Positions 8,603-17,839 of a DNA stretch of 64,000 nucleotides are shown one piece after another. The notes beneath the pieces are model-generated. The model saw nothing but the letters and a program-made list of their open reading frames with translations. It was not told the DNA's origin and ran no database searches. Position numbers and translations under genes: made by a program. Position 1 is the stretch's first letter; each line of letters begins with the position of its first letter. The DNA lies in NCBI GenBank assembly GCA_022868165.1, contig JALHYA010000002.1:1478-65477 (forward strand), written 5' to 3'. Source of the stretch: Patescibacteria group bacterium (GTDB lineage: Bacteria > Patescibacteriota > Microgenomatia > UBA8517).

Positions 8603-8970
8603 CCTCTCCTAAACTCTCTAAATCCCATAAAGTGTTGTTATTATGGGCAACCTTTTTTATTCTAGGTATAACTGCCGCCCTTTTAAAAAGTGCTCTTCCG
8701 TTCGTTATATTCATACTTATATGTTATTTGTTATTGATATATGACCACCATAAGGAAACAGGAAAGTGGCTGCTCGTTTCATGGCTAGGGGAACTTTTTA
8801 TTAAGCCACATAATCAGAAGACCAGCAGCAATAACACCAAGAAAAAGATAGATAAAAAAATCACCCCATTTGAGCACAATCGACAGAACAGCTCCGACAA
8901 CCCCAATTCCCATAGCTACACGAACCCATTCATTAAAGGTCATTCCACACCCCCAAAGGATAAATTATGA
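8599..8970 (+). CDS. Membrane protein (2 TM) with C-terminal Ser/Asn-rich tail
   Basis: ORF track 8575-8970. ATG at 8599 after a GGAGGT SD. Confidence 0.5.
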   Translation: MTSPKLSKSHKVLLLWATFFILGITAALLKSALPFVIFILICYLLLIYDHHKETGKWLLVSWLGELFIKPHNQKTSSNNTKKKIDKKITPFEHNRQNSSDNPNSHSYTNPFIKGHSTPPKDKL

Positions 8971-8978
8971 CTTTTATA

Positions 8979-9143
8979 TTAACGTCTAAAAGGTCTTTGT
9001 TTCATGCGTATGGGGTTAAAAAAGCTATGTCCACAGTTATGGCATTTGAAACGTCCAATCAAGTGATACCATTTTTGCCTGTGGAATCTAGCGTGTCCAC
9101 ATTTCGGGCAAGCAAACTTGATAGGAGTATACAACCTTGGCAT
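8979..9143 (-). CDS. Small double zinc-ribbon protein (54 aa; CPKCGHARF..CHNCGHSF)
   Basis: Hand-translated minus-strand ORF. It competes with a low-complexity + strand ORF at 8967-9383. Confidence 0.35.
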   Translation of the reverse strand: MPRLYTPIKFACPKCGHARFHRQKWYHLIGRFKCHNCGHSFFNPIRMKQRPFRR

Positions 9144-9205
9144 CTTCCACCCCCTGTATACGAACTTGGTTGTTATTCTAACATACGAGAGTGTAGAATA
9201 AAACC

Positions 9206-9616
9206 ATGCGAAGGCGTAATGTTCTGCTCATTTTCAATGAGTTCGTTGTTGAACCAATTCTTTTGGCTTTTGGGATATTTATTATATTTCCGCATTTTCA
9301 AACTGTTTATAACAATACGATGCCATATAAGATACATATCAAGGACACTCCAACATTTATCAATGGTATGTGGAAGGATATGAATATGTATCCAACTCCG
9401 TACATAATTTTCGGCATTATATTTGTGATTTGGGTTTCGCTGAAAGCATACCGATTTTGGAGTGACCGAAAAACAGAAAATGAACTCAAAAAATCTATTG
9501 ATGAATTGCCCCAAAATATTGCCGAAGCATTAAAAATAGATGAGTTGCCCAGAAAGATTGCAGAGGCATTGAAACCATCTAGTGATATATCAAAAAGAGG
9601 CAAGGATAATGTCTGA
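9206..9616 (+). CDS. Membrane protein with duplicated IDELP(Q/R)(N/K)IAEALK segment
   Basis: ORF track 136 aa. 3 TM helices. 39-nt imperfect tandem repeat at ~9513-9590. Confidence 0.4.
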   Translation: MRRRNVLLIFNEFVVEPILLAFGIFIIFPHFQTVYNNTMPYKIHIKDTPTFINGMWKDMNMYPTPYIIFGIIFVIWVSLKAYRFWSDRKTENELKKSIDELPQNIAEALKIDELPRKIAEALKPSSDISKRGKDNV

Positions 9617-10637
9617 CGAGATAATCTGTAAATACTGCAACTCTGTAAATACCATTAAATTTGGTACTCATACAGATATAGACGGCAACGATATACAGCG
9701 TTACTTTTGTAAAGATTGCAATCGTAAATTTACTGGTTTGGATACGCTGGAAAAGATGCAAACGCCTATCCCTGTTATAGGAGCAGCATTGAATATGTAC
9801 TACAGTGGCATGTCTCTAGATAACATACAGATGCAGATAAAACAGGATTATGGCTTGGATTTATCCCAGATGGGTATCTATGATTGGATTATTCGATTCA
9901 CCAAAGATACTGTGCAGCGTACGCAAAATTTGAAGCTTAAAGTAGGCAACATCTGGATAGCGGACGAAACCGAGCTTGACGTGAGTGGGCAGAAGGCTTG
10001 GTTTTGGGACATCATAGACCGAGATAGCCGTTACTTGCTTGCTTCGTATTTATCGTTCTCTCGTGAAACAGAAGATGCTCAGATATTGATAGAACAAGCG
10101 ATAAAACGAGCGGGCAAGATACCCAATACCATCATTACGGACAAACTCAGTACCTATGTTGACGGCATTGATATTGCCACGCATGGCAAAACTATGCACA
10201 TACAGAGTACGCCATTTACGGGAACTAACAGCACGAACATAATTGAGAGATTTCATGGGACGTTAAAAGACCGCACGAAGGTACTCAGGGGATTCAAAGA
10301 CCTTGCCACAGCACAACTGATTACTAACGGCTTTCTGGTGCATTACAACTTCATACGTCCTCACGAATCCTTAGAAAACGAGACACCAATAGAGCATATG
10401 AAAGTAGCTACGCCGTTTCATACATGGGCAGAAGCAATCCGAACCTCAGAGATAAAGAGCGATTACTATACCGTTAAAGCAATCCGCTTTGTACCGATAG
10501 GAATACCAAGAACACCAAAACAAGAGAGGCGTGTGTATTTACGTAAAGCAGCACGAAGACATAGGGCAAGAGAGATGGGAAGTACAGAGCCTACTATGAG
10601 ACTAATGCAACGAGGTAGGAAGAAGAAACAACCATGA
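9582..10637 (+). mobile_element. IS6-family insertion sequence (only the transposase ORF extent is given; terminal inverted repeats not identified)
   Basis: Transposase family signature. Flanks were inspected but no convincing 14-bp IRs found by eye. Confidence 0.45.
9609..10637 (+). CDS. IS6-family DDE transposase with N-terminal transposase-type zinc ribbon
   Basis: Zn ribbon CKYCNS..QRYFCKDCNRKF. DDE triad contexts IADETELDV, ITDKLSTY, NIIERFHGTLKDR. Confidence 0.8.
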   Translation: MSDEIICKYCNSVNTIKFGTHTDIDGNDIQRYFCKDCNRKFTGLDTLEKMQTPIPVIGAALNMYYSGMSLDNIQMQIKQDYGLDLSQMGIYDWIIRFTKDTVQRTQNLKLKVGNIWIADETELDVSGQKAWFWDIIDRDSRYLLASYLSFSRETEDAQILIEQAIKRAGKIPNTIITDKLSTYVDGIDIATHGKTMHIQSTPFTGTNSTNIIERFHGTLKDRTKVLRGFKDLATAQLITNGFLVHYNFIRPHESLENETPIEHMKVATPFHTWAEAIRTSEIKSDYYTVKAIRFVPIGIPRTPKQERRVYLRKAARRHRAREMGSTEPTMRLMQRGRKKKQP

Positions 10638-10734
10638 TTATACGGAACCGTAAAGGATGGGCAACGAACTGTAGTATCCACCCATCCAGACCGAGTATGG
10701 TAGCCTAAGACTATCAGGCAAAGGAGAAGAGAAA

Positions 10735-11016
10735 ATGGAGGAGCAACTAAAACCCATAATTGAAAGCTACCAACATTTTATGAGAAATCATACAAAATAT
10801 AGCCGAAGCCCTAGTTTTAATATGGACAGGCATGGATTCCATTACATCCATGAATTTGATTTACCTGTTTATGACAATAATACTACTCAAAGGAGCCGCG
10901 ATGCTGTTTCTGGCTTTGTCAAAGGTTATGGCGCAAAATGCAATCACTATGTTTATTACCGAACGGTAGAGGCATGGAAATTGCCATACATATTTATTTG
11001 GAGAAAATTAGATTAA
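10735..11016 (+). CDS. Hypothetical protein
   Basis: ORF track 93 aa. GGAGAAGAG SD. Confidence 0.5.
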   Translation: MEEQLKPIIESYQHFMRNHTKYSRSPSFNMDRHGFHYIHEFDLPVYDNNTTQRSRDAVSGFVKGYGAKCNHYVYYRTVEAWKLPYIFIWRKLD

Positions 11017-11059
11017 ATCCAAACCCTCGGCATAGTCCGGGGTAGAAAGGACACCAAAG

Positions 11060-11347
11060 ATGATGGATAAACTACTACCGACAATAGCCGACATGCCGGA
11101 TGAGGAACGTGAGATAGTCAATTGCCTTCTCACAGACCTTGTTCACTTGGCAAGGGAAAGATTCATGAAGCAATTGGCGATATTCACCGATACGGAGATT
11201 CGCCTGGGGCTGATAACGCTGTGGGAACACAACCTTATAAAAGCCGATATGAACGGCGATTACATTCAATGGATGCTCTACAAGCCGAGCAATGATTCAT
11301 GGATAAGATTACCCGCATCAAAGGCTTATCTAGACCGGATTTCTTAG
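11060..11347 (+). CDS. Hypothetical protein
   Basis: ORF track 95 aa. Confidence 0.5.
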   Translation: MMDKLLPTIADMPDEEREIVNCLLTDLVHLARERFMKQLAIFTDTEIRLGLITLWEHNLIKADMNGDYIQWMLYKPSNDSWIRLPASKAYLDRIS

Positions 11348-11715
11348 TCCTTCCTAAAAATCGAACCTTCCTTGAGGAATGCCGCAACTCCAAGAATAAC
11401 GTAAGCCAGCCCTATGGGTATGGCTAGCCACAGAAGGTGCTTTTCTGTTGTATATGGCAAGTCTAAAAGCTTGGTATCTCTGATGCTATAGCGTAGTATG
11501 GTTGGCATAGGTTCATCCTTAGTAGCCCTTTCTTTCCATACTTCGTCAGGATATGCAATCATCAACTTTGAGGCCATAGAAGAGACAAGCGGTATTTTGC
11601 CATTATAATGCTTGAGGAAACCGATATAACTTCCCCCTATGCAGATAATCAAGCCACATAGAATAAAGAATATGGCAAAAATGTACCTGATTAATGTTCT
11701 GTTATTAGTTTTCAT
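11344..11715 (-). CDS. Membrane protein (2-3 TM)
   Basis: ORF track 123 aa. Confidence 0.5.
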   Translation of the reverse strand: MKTNNRTLIRYIFAIFFILCGLIICIGGSYIGFLKHYNGKIPLVSSMASKLMIAYPDEVWKERATKDEPMPTILRYSIRDTKLLDLPYTTEKHLLWLAIPIGLAYVILGVAAFLKEGSIFRKD

Positions 11716-11962
11716 GTTTCAATACCTTTCTTTTCTCTAAAATATACTTAACGTATAATCCTCCACAATATGCACCACAACAGCACAAAACAATGCAACA
11801 AGCAAGGAGAATTGATATGTGGAGAAAACGCCAATCTTTTTCTGGAAATAGGATGATTTTGAACACATGGTCGAAATCAATAAAAACACTGACAAACCCA
11901 CACAAAATCCCAGCAAAAAGTGCGTTCCCGACATCCATAGATTTCCTAATAACCTTGCCCAT
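11705..11962 (-). CDS. Small membrane protein
   Basis: ORF track 85 aa. Alternative frame 11737-11979 also hydrophobic. Confidence 0.4.
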   Translation of the reverse strand: MGKVIRKSMDVGNALFAGILCGFVSVFIDFDHVFKIILFPEKDWRFLHISILLACCIVLCCCGAYCGGLYVKYILEKRKVLKHEN

Positions 11963-11968
11963 AATGCT

Positions 11969-12757
11969 TCATCTCCCATTTCGATTTAATAACCCTATCG
12001 CCCGGTATAGAAAAATTGTCCCCCAGCATACTTTCCATTGTGTTGGTCTTAGCCACCAATGAGAATATAACTTCTGCACTTCAAAAGCCTGCCTAGCTTC
12101 TGCCTTATGCTCTCGTTCGCTCAGCGAGCCACTGTGTGCTCTCCAGTTTGCTAGATATTTATTAACGAAATAAGGCTTACTAACCTTGCCGGCTCTTAGC
12201 CAGTATTCATAATCCATGACAAATCTTAGGTCAGGATTAAACCCTCCTATCTGCTTATAAAATTCCCTCCGCATAAATACCGTAGGTTGTACTATAAAGT
12301 CTACGCATTGCAAAACTGTATAACTGTACCGTGGTTGCAGAAACTCTTTAGACTTAGTAATGAAACCTCTGACCTCTCTACCTGTGCTATCTATTATCTC
12401 ACCTTTACCATATAGCCATTGTACCTTATGATGTCTCTTAAAACATTTAACTACATTCTCAAAACACTCGGTTCTGTACGTATCATCTGCACATATGTAA
12501 GCAACTATATCCCCAGTAGCTAATTGCATTCCTTTGTTAATAGCATCTGATTGCCCCATTGGTGAAGTATGTGCCCAAGTGAACTTACTGTTATACTTCT
12601 TATTATACTCCTCAAGTATTCTCTGTGTACCATCTTGAGAATTACTATCTACCACAATGACTTCAAAGTTTCGATAACTCTGGGAAAATATAGATTCTAG
12701 GGTATGCCTTAGAAACTTTACACTGTTCAGTGAAGGTATAACAATACTAATTTTCAT
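11969..12757 (-). CDS. Family 2 glycosyltransferase
   Basis: MKISIVIPSLNS...VIVVDSNSQDGT GT2 N-terminus. Start taken at internal M, giving an ATGA overlap with the upstream methyltransferase stop. Confidence 0.8.
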   Translation of the reverse strand: MKISIVIPSLNSVKFLRHTLESIFSQSYRNFEVIVVDSNSQDGTQRILEEYNKKYNSKFTWAHTSPMGQSDAINKGMQLATGDIVAYICADDTYRTECFENVVKCFKRHHKVQWLYGKGEIIDSTGREVRGFITKSKEFLQPRYSYTVLQCVDFIVQPTVFMRREFYKQIGGFNPDLRFVMDYEYWLRAGKVSKPYFVNKYLANWRAHSGSLSEREHKAEARQAFEVQKLYSHWWLRPTQWKVCWGTIFLYRAIGLLNRNGR

Positions 12758-13344
12758 ATCTTTAGCTCCATAACTTCCTGCCGACATCTATTTGCCGAAA
12801 TCTCGCAATACTTTTCCTCTATCTCAATTCCTATACATCGGCGATTTAACTTCTTGGCACAATAGGCTGTTGTACCTGAACCGAGAAAGGGGTCAAGGAT
12901 TAGGTCGTTAGGATTTGAATAATCGGCAATCAACTTCAATATAAGTTTCTGTGGTTTTTGTGAAGCGTGCCCCGTGTAAATGTCCCCCGTGTAACTAGCC
13001 GCCACTGTTGAATTTATAAGATAGGCTCGATACATTTTATAGATGCACTGTCCGTTCCGTTCAAATATCCTTTCATATTGCGATGCTGCCCCAACTTTCT
13101 TATCCCAAATATGAATTGCTGTGCAGTCGAGGGGAAAGTCAGCTTTTGCACTCCAAAATACCAGTTGTCTACAATTAAATTCTGCCAATTCGTTTATAGC
13201 TTCCGAATCTCCATATTCAGAGTGGTAATCGCTGTATGGCGGGTCAGTCAATACCAAGTCCACCTTAACGTCAAGTTGTGGCAGAATCTCACGGCAATCA
13301 CCATGATAGATTGTTACCCACTTGTCTTGATAATAAGGATTCAT
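12754..13344 (-). CDS. DNA methyltransferase, beta-class (motif IV DPPY precedes motif I DPFLGSGTT). N6-adenine or N4-cytosine.
   Basis: Motifs DPPYS and FLGSGTT. N-terminus nearly identical to the methyltransferase at 59847-60488. Confidence 0.8.
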   Translation of the reverse strand: MNPYYQDKWVTIYHGDCREILPQLDVKVDLVLTDPPYSDYHSEYGDSEAINELAEFNCRQLVFWSAKADFPLDCTAIHIWDKKVGAASQYERIFERNGQCIYKMYRAYLINSTVAASYTGDIYTGHASQKPQKLILKLIADYSNPNDLILDPFLGSGTTAYCAKKLNRRCIGIEIEEKYCEISANRCRQEVMELKI

Positions 13345-13460
13345 ATCTTCTTCCCTTTAGGAAAACACTTTTTCAGTAGTGGACATTTTTTGCCTATGCA
13401 GCATTCTCCCTGCCCTGACATTATGCACATTATTATACTCTCCGGCTTTACTTTTTTCAT
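13341..13460 (-). CDS. 39-aa Cys-rich leader ORF (MKKVKPESIIMCIMSGQGECCIGKKCPLLKKCF...) translationally coupled to the DNA methyltransferase
   Basis: GGGGGT SD 9 nt upstream. TGA stop overlaps the methyltransferase ATG. Confidence 0.45.
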   Translation of the reverse strand: MKKVKPESIIMCIMSGQGECCIGKKCPLLKKCFPKGKKI

Positions 13461-13483
13461 TTTCTTGATACCCCCTTTTTTAT

Positions 13484-14374
13484 TCATAGTTTCAAATTAA
13501 CCAGCCATTCTTTAATCTCATCTATGGGCAAAAGCTCACTATCCAAGTCGTCAGTAATAACATTTTCCGTAGGCAGAAAAAGTTTTTCGTGCATCCTTTC
13601 ATCTTTTCTTAATCCCACAGTTTCCACTTTCGTCATATTATTGCCGTAAACCTCTATCATCGCTTTTGCTAAATCGCCGAGCTTAATAAGTCTATGATGA
13701 TGTGGGATATATATTTTGCCATTCTCGCCTTGTTCAAGGATTTGTATAATGAAACTTGCTACCACATTGACATCGACAAAAAGCCGTGTCATCTCAGGGT
13801 TGGTTACCATCACTTTATTGTTCTGCTTTATTTGTTGCGCCCATTTCAATATTACACTGCCAGTCGAACCAAAAAAGTTACCGCTCCTAATTATCATATA
13901 CCTGCAACTTGAAACTATTTGTGCCTGTCCGAGAATTGCCCTCTCAAGAAGAAGTTTAGTAGCACCATAACATCCTATGGCTTCAACGGCCTTGTCACTT
14001 GACATCCCTATAAAGGTGGCACCCTTAAAATATTTTAGTAAGTCTAATGTAGCAGTAACATTTGTAGCAATAGCCTCCAGAGGATATTGCTCACAATAAT
14101 CAATGTGCTTCATGGCAGCCAAATGCACCACCGCATCGACCTCGTTTAACGCATACTTTAAGGTGTCAATATTCCGTATGTCGCCGATGATAGGATTCAC
14201 TCGTTTATCACCACCGCACAACAACATCAACATTGCCAATTCATTTTCTTGGCGGGAAATCACCTTGATTTTAATGTGACTGAACCTACCAAGTAATTCT
14301 TTTACCAAGTGCCTGCCTAAGAACCCAGCGCCACCCGTTATTAAACAGTCGCCAAATTCCCACTTAGCCATCAA
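13484..14374 (-). CDS. NAD-dependent sugar epimerase/dehydratase (CapD/UDP-GlcNAc 4,6-dehydratase-like SDR)
   Basis: ITGGAGFLGRHL Rossmann motif. Polysaccharide-biosynthesis SDR architecture. Confidence 0.8.
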   Translation of the reverse strand: MMAKWEFGDCLITGGAGFLGRHLVKELLGRFSHIKIKVISRQENELAMLMLLCGGDKRVNPIIGDIRNIDTLKYALNEVDAVVHLAAMKHIDYCEQYPLEAIATNVTATLDLLKYFKGATFIGMSSDKAVEAIGCYGATKLLLERAILGQAQIVSSCRYMIIRSGNFFGSTGSVILKWAQQIKQNNKVMVTNPEMTRLFVDVNVVASFIIQILEQGENGKIYIPHHHRLIKLGDLAKAMIEVYGNNMTKVETVGLRKDERMHEKLFLPTENVITDDLDSELLPIDEIKEWLVNLKL

Positions 14375-15044
14375 TTTTTAACCTCCAGTATATCGTTTTC
14401 CAGGCTAGTATTATTCCCTGTTTGACAGGGTTTAGGACGCTGTTCCTTCGCCTGTCTTTGTGGTATACACAGGATACCGGCACTTCTATTATTCTCGCAC
14501 CCGCTTTCCTAGCTTTCATAAGCATCTCCGTCGAAAAACCAAAGCCGTCTTCTGTAATTTCGATGTTCTGTACGACCTCTTTTTTGAAAGCCCTGAAACA
14601 ACATAGGCTATCGGAAACCTTTTGTTTTGAGCCGATGTTGTAGAGCCATGTGATTACATCTATTCCGAATTTACGGTATCTAGGCATGGAGTCATCTATA
14701 ATATTAAGAAACCTTGAGCCTATGGCCATATCAGCATGGCTGTTTTCCATCTGTTCCAGTAACCACGAAATGCCTTCAGGAATATGTTGCCCGTCGCCAT
14801 CCAGCGTAACAACAATATCGTAGTCGTGGCTAACTGCATTCAGTCCTAGCCTAGTGGCTGCACCTGCACCCTGTATAGGTTGTTTAAATATCAAAGCACC
14901 AGCTTCTTTCGCTATCCGTGCGGTTTCATCTATAGAGTTATTGTCCACTACTACCACAGTGTCTACATACTTTTTGGTAGACTCGACTATATCACCTATG
15001 GTGCTTGCTACATTGTATGCCGGTATAACTGCTGCTATTTCCAT
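14364..15044 (-). CDS. GT2 glycosyltransferase, dolichyl/polyprenyl-phosphate sugar synthase-like
   Basis: AVIPAYNVASTIGDIVES..VVVVDNNSIDET..DGDGQH. Confidence 0.8.
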   Translation of the reverse strand: MEIAAVIPAYNVASTIGDIVESTKKYVDTVVVVDNNSIDETARIAKEAGALIFKQPIQGAGAATRLGLNAVSHDYDIVVTLDGDGQHIPEGISWLLEQMENSHADMAIGSRFLNIIDDSMPRYRKFGIDVITWLYNIGSKQKVSDSLCCFRAFKKEVVQNIEITEDGFGFSTEMLMKARKAGARIIEVPVSCVYHKDRRRNSVLNPVKQGIILAWKTIYWRLKIDG

Positions 15045-15062
15045 TTCTTTGATACCTTCTTT

Positions 15063-15758
15063 CTATTTCAATGGAACCAGTTCTAATAAAGCTATGCTCT
15101 CTTCGCCACTTTTATTATCGACCAAAGCGGCTGTTTCTTCAGGCACAGCTTCCCAATATCCTTCATGGTTACGGACATAATAAATCTCCTCCTTGATTTT
15201 CCAGTTAAGAAATAATTGGCTTAGCCAGAATTTATCATAAACCTTATGCAGCGAGCCAACAATTCTCCGTCGGCCATAGGGTACAGTGACTAAAAAGGTG
15301 CCATTAGGACGGAGGATTCTCTTTATCTGAGCCACGGCTTTAATATCACCATCAGGATCGTCCGATGTAATGCCCCATCTGCCGCCCAAACCTATGTGCT
15401 CTAATGTAGAAAGAGCACAAACAACATCAAAGAAATTATCAGGACAGTGGGTATTCGTAATGTCTTCTAAAACGAAGTGAAAGTTTGGAAACCTGAGTTT
15501 GAATTCTCTGACATCTATACCGTATACTTCCCACCCTATCGAAGCCAAACTAGCTGGAAGGAAGTTTTGCCGGGCACTACAACCGACATCAAGTACCCTG
15601 CCCTTTTTCATTGAGTTCAACTTCCCAATTACAAAGGAATACTCAAAGATGCGAGCGTCAGGAGAAGCAGTTTCGCCCGATGCCTCTAAATCAACAAGGC
15701 GATAAGCGAACCTTACTAAGCTTGGTGATAATTTGAACTTAGGAAATAGTTTAATCAT
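15063..15758 (-). CDS. Class I SAM-dependent methyltransferase
   Basis: VLDVGCSARQN motif I. Confidence 0.7.
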   Translation of the reverse strand: MIKLFPKFKLSPSLVRFAYRLVDLEASGETASPDARIFEYSFVIGKLNSMKKGRVLDVGCSARQNFLPASLASIGWEVYGIDVREFKLRFPNFHFVLEDITNTHCPDNFFDVVCALSTLEHIGLGGRWGITSDDPDGDIKAVAQIKRILRPNGTFLVTVPYGRRRIVGSLHKVYDKFWLSQLFLNWKIKEEIYYVRNHEGYWEAVPEETAALVDNKSGEESIALLELVPLK

Positions 15759-15777
15759 AAATTCCTGCCTTCCAATT

Positions 15778-16875
15778 TTAATTATTTCTAAAGTAGCTTC
15801 TAATGCAATCGCAAACTCTTTCTATATCCTCATTGGTGAGAAAAGATGAAGATGGCAACCATAACCCCCGCTGCGAAATAGATTCTGAATTCCTGAAGTC
15901 TCCCTTGATATAGGAATAAGGCGGCTGGGTATGGATTGCCGGATAAAATGGCCGAACGCCTATGTCTTTTTCATCCAAGAATTTAGCTAAGTTATTTCTT
16001 GTTTCAGCCTCGTTGGCTAGAATGTCAATAAACCAAGGAACACAATCTTCTAGGTTGGTATCTATGAATTCTATTCGCTCGATGTTTTGTAACCGGTCAT
16101 AGTAAAGCGTATATATTTCTTTTTTCTTCTTCACCCGCCAATCGAGTTTTTTCATCTGCTCAAATCCAATTACTGCCTGAAGGTCGGTAAATTTGGCATT
16201 AAGCCCCATCGTTTCATGGTAATCTAGCCCCGCCTTAGGTCTGCCGAAGTCTTTTATCTTAGACACTCTACTGAATAGTTCCTCATCATCAGTAACTAAG
16301 GCACCGCCTTGACCGGTAGTAATGATTTTAGGAACGCTGAAAGAGAAACTTCCAAATCTCCCAAAGGTGCCCAGATGCTTACCTTTGTACCTTGACCCCA
16401 AAGATTGAGCCGCATCCTCAATCAAACATAGATTGTATTTGTTGGCTAGTGCTACAACTTTTTCCATATCAGGACAACGACCATTGATACTGACAAACAT
16501 TATAGCTCTGGTTTTAGACGTAATCGCTTCTATTGCCAATTCCAAGTCAAGGCATAGGTTCAAAGGGTCTATATCTACTAGGATAGGCTTGGCTCCGGCA
16601 ATAACAACAGCATTGGCTGAGGCTATCATAGTGTAGTCGGGAACAATGACCTCATCTTCCTTCCCAACGTCTAAGGCCATAAGGGCAATGACTAGGCTTA
16701 TCGTGCCGTTGCTGACCACCGAGGCGTACCTGCTGCCAACGTAATTGGCAATCGATTGTTCAAACTCTCTTGTTTTCTTGTGTTCGGTGAGCCACCCGCC
16801 ACTGTCAAGATATTCAGCCATCGCCTCTTTTTCCTCTTTGCCTATCCAGGGTTCTATTTGATTGATTCTCTTCAT
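15778..16875 (-). CDS. DegT/DnrJ/EryC1/StrS-family PLP-dependent sugar aminotransferase
   Basis: 365 aa with the family's characteristic length and conserved blocks. Confidence 0.8.
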   Translation of the reverse strand: MKRINQIEPWIGKEEKEAMAEYLDSGGWLTEHKKTREFEQSIANYVGSRYASVVSNGTISLVIALMALDVGKEDEVIVPDYTMIASANAVVIAGAKPILVDIDPLNLCLDLELAIEAITSKTRAIMFVSINGRCPDMEKVVALANKYNLCLIEDAAQSLGSRYKGKHLGTFGRFGSFSFSVPKIITTGQGGALVTDDEELFSRVSKIKDFGRPKAGLDYHETMGLNAKFTDLQAVIGFEQMKKLDWRVKKKKEIYTLYYDRLQNIERIEFIDTNLEDCVPWFIDILANEAETRNNLAKFLDEKDIGVRPFYPAIHTQPPYSYIKGDFRNSESISQRGLWLPSSSFLTNEDIERVCDCIRSYFRNN

Positions 16876-17399
16876 ATTTCCCCTTCAAAGTCTTTTTTTG
16901 ATAAAATTGGTGGCACTGTAACCCAGTTTATGCCAAACTTTGGGTCGTCATACCTAAAAGTCTTTTCCCTATTTGGGTCATAATACTCTGACATCATATA
17001 ATGGAATATGGCCACATCGCTTAATACCTGATAACTATTGCCATGCTTCGGTGGCACCAAAACTTGGTTGTGATTATCGCCTGACAATATAAAACCTTCC
17101 CACTTTCCACTTTTAGGCTCTACTACTACTTGATATACCTTGCCATAGAGACAGGTACATAACTTCCACCGCTTTGAATCCCAATGTATGCCACGAAGAA
17201 CACCTCTGGCACTGGTAGTGACAACTATTTCTTTCCACCTAACATTAATAAAGGTTTCATCTCGCAATAACACAGCAGAACTTAATCTTTTATGGTATTC
17301 AGCGTTATCCCAAATACCTATTACATTACCCCTATAATCTTCAAATGATTCAAGTTTTATCAGGTAAACACTATTTAGGGTTGTTTCTAACACTTTCAT
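16872..17399 (-). CDS. Cupin-fold sugar 3,4-ketoisomerase / 3,5-epimerase-like (FdtA/RmlC-like)
   Basis: FEDYRG motif. Adjacent to the aminotransferase, as in Fdt-type pathways. Confidence 0.55.
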   Translation of the reverse strand: MKVLETTLNSVYLIKLESFEDYRGNVIGIWDNAEYHKRLSSAVLLRDETFINVRWKEIVVTTSARGVLRGIHWDSKRWKLCTCLYGKVYQVVVEPKSGKWEGFILSGDNHNQVLVPPKHGNSYQVLSDVAIFHYMMSEYYDPNREKTFRYDDPKFGINWVTVPPILSKKDFEGEI

Positions 17400-17406
17400 T
17401 TTAATT

Positions 17407-17820
17407 TCAGATTCTTTCTCTGTCTCTCTCGGCTCCGGGATACGGGCCGTTCTTCACTTCCAATACTTTTGTGTTATCCTCCAATATCTCGTACCCATGC
17501 CCACCATTGAGAAGTATTATAGTGTCTCCCTTCCTCAAATTAACCGACTTCAAGAATTCCTTTTTCTCTGTGTAGATATCAGCCCTGACTTGCCCATCTT
17601 TTATGAAAATAACCTCCTGGGTGCGTAGCACTTGGCGAGGTTGAATTGAATGGATATGGGGAGCTAATTTTTGCCCTTTAGAATACTCCCATGTACCTAC
17701 TTGTTGATAATCCTCTTTAGAAGATACAAAACTTAGAATATTCCCACCCCCTTTCCAATCGGCATCCCTGATTATAATTGCTAAAGTTAAATCTCCATCC
17801 GTTATTTCTTCTGTTTTCAT
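17407..17820 (-). CDS. Cupin-domain protein (WxcM/sugar isomerase-like)
   Basis: 137 aa small beta-barrel protein in sugar-modification context. Confidence 0.45.
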   Translation of the reverse strand: MKTEEITDGDLTLAIIIRDADWKGGGNILSFVSSKEDYQQVGTWEYSKGQKLAPHIHSIQPRQVLRTQEVIFIKDGQVRADIYTEKKEFLKSVNLRKGDTIILLNGGHGYEILEDNTKVLEVKNGPYPGAERDRERI

Positions 17821-17839
17821 GTAGTTACCTCACTTGAAA

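Noticed and set aside
8967-9514. ORFs 8967-9383(+) and 9173-9514(-)
   Set aside because: Mutually overlapping and low complexity. A minus-strand zinc-ribbon micro-ORF (8979-9143) and the + strand membrane protein 9206-9616 explain the region better. All three are uncertain.
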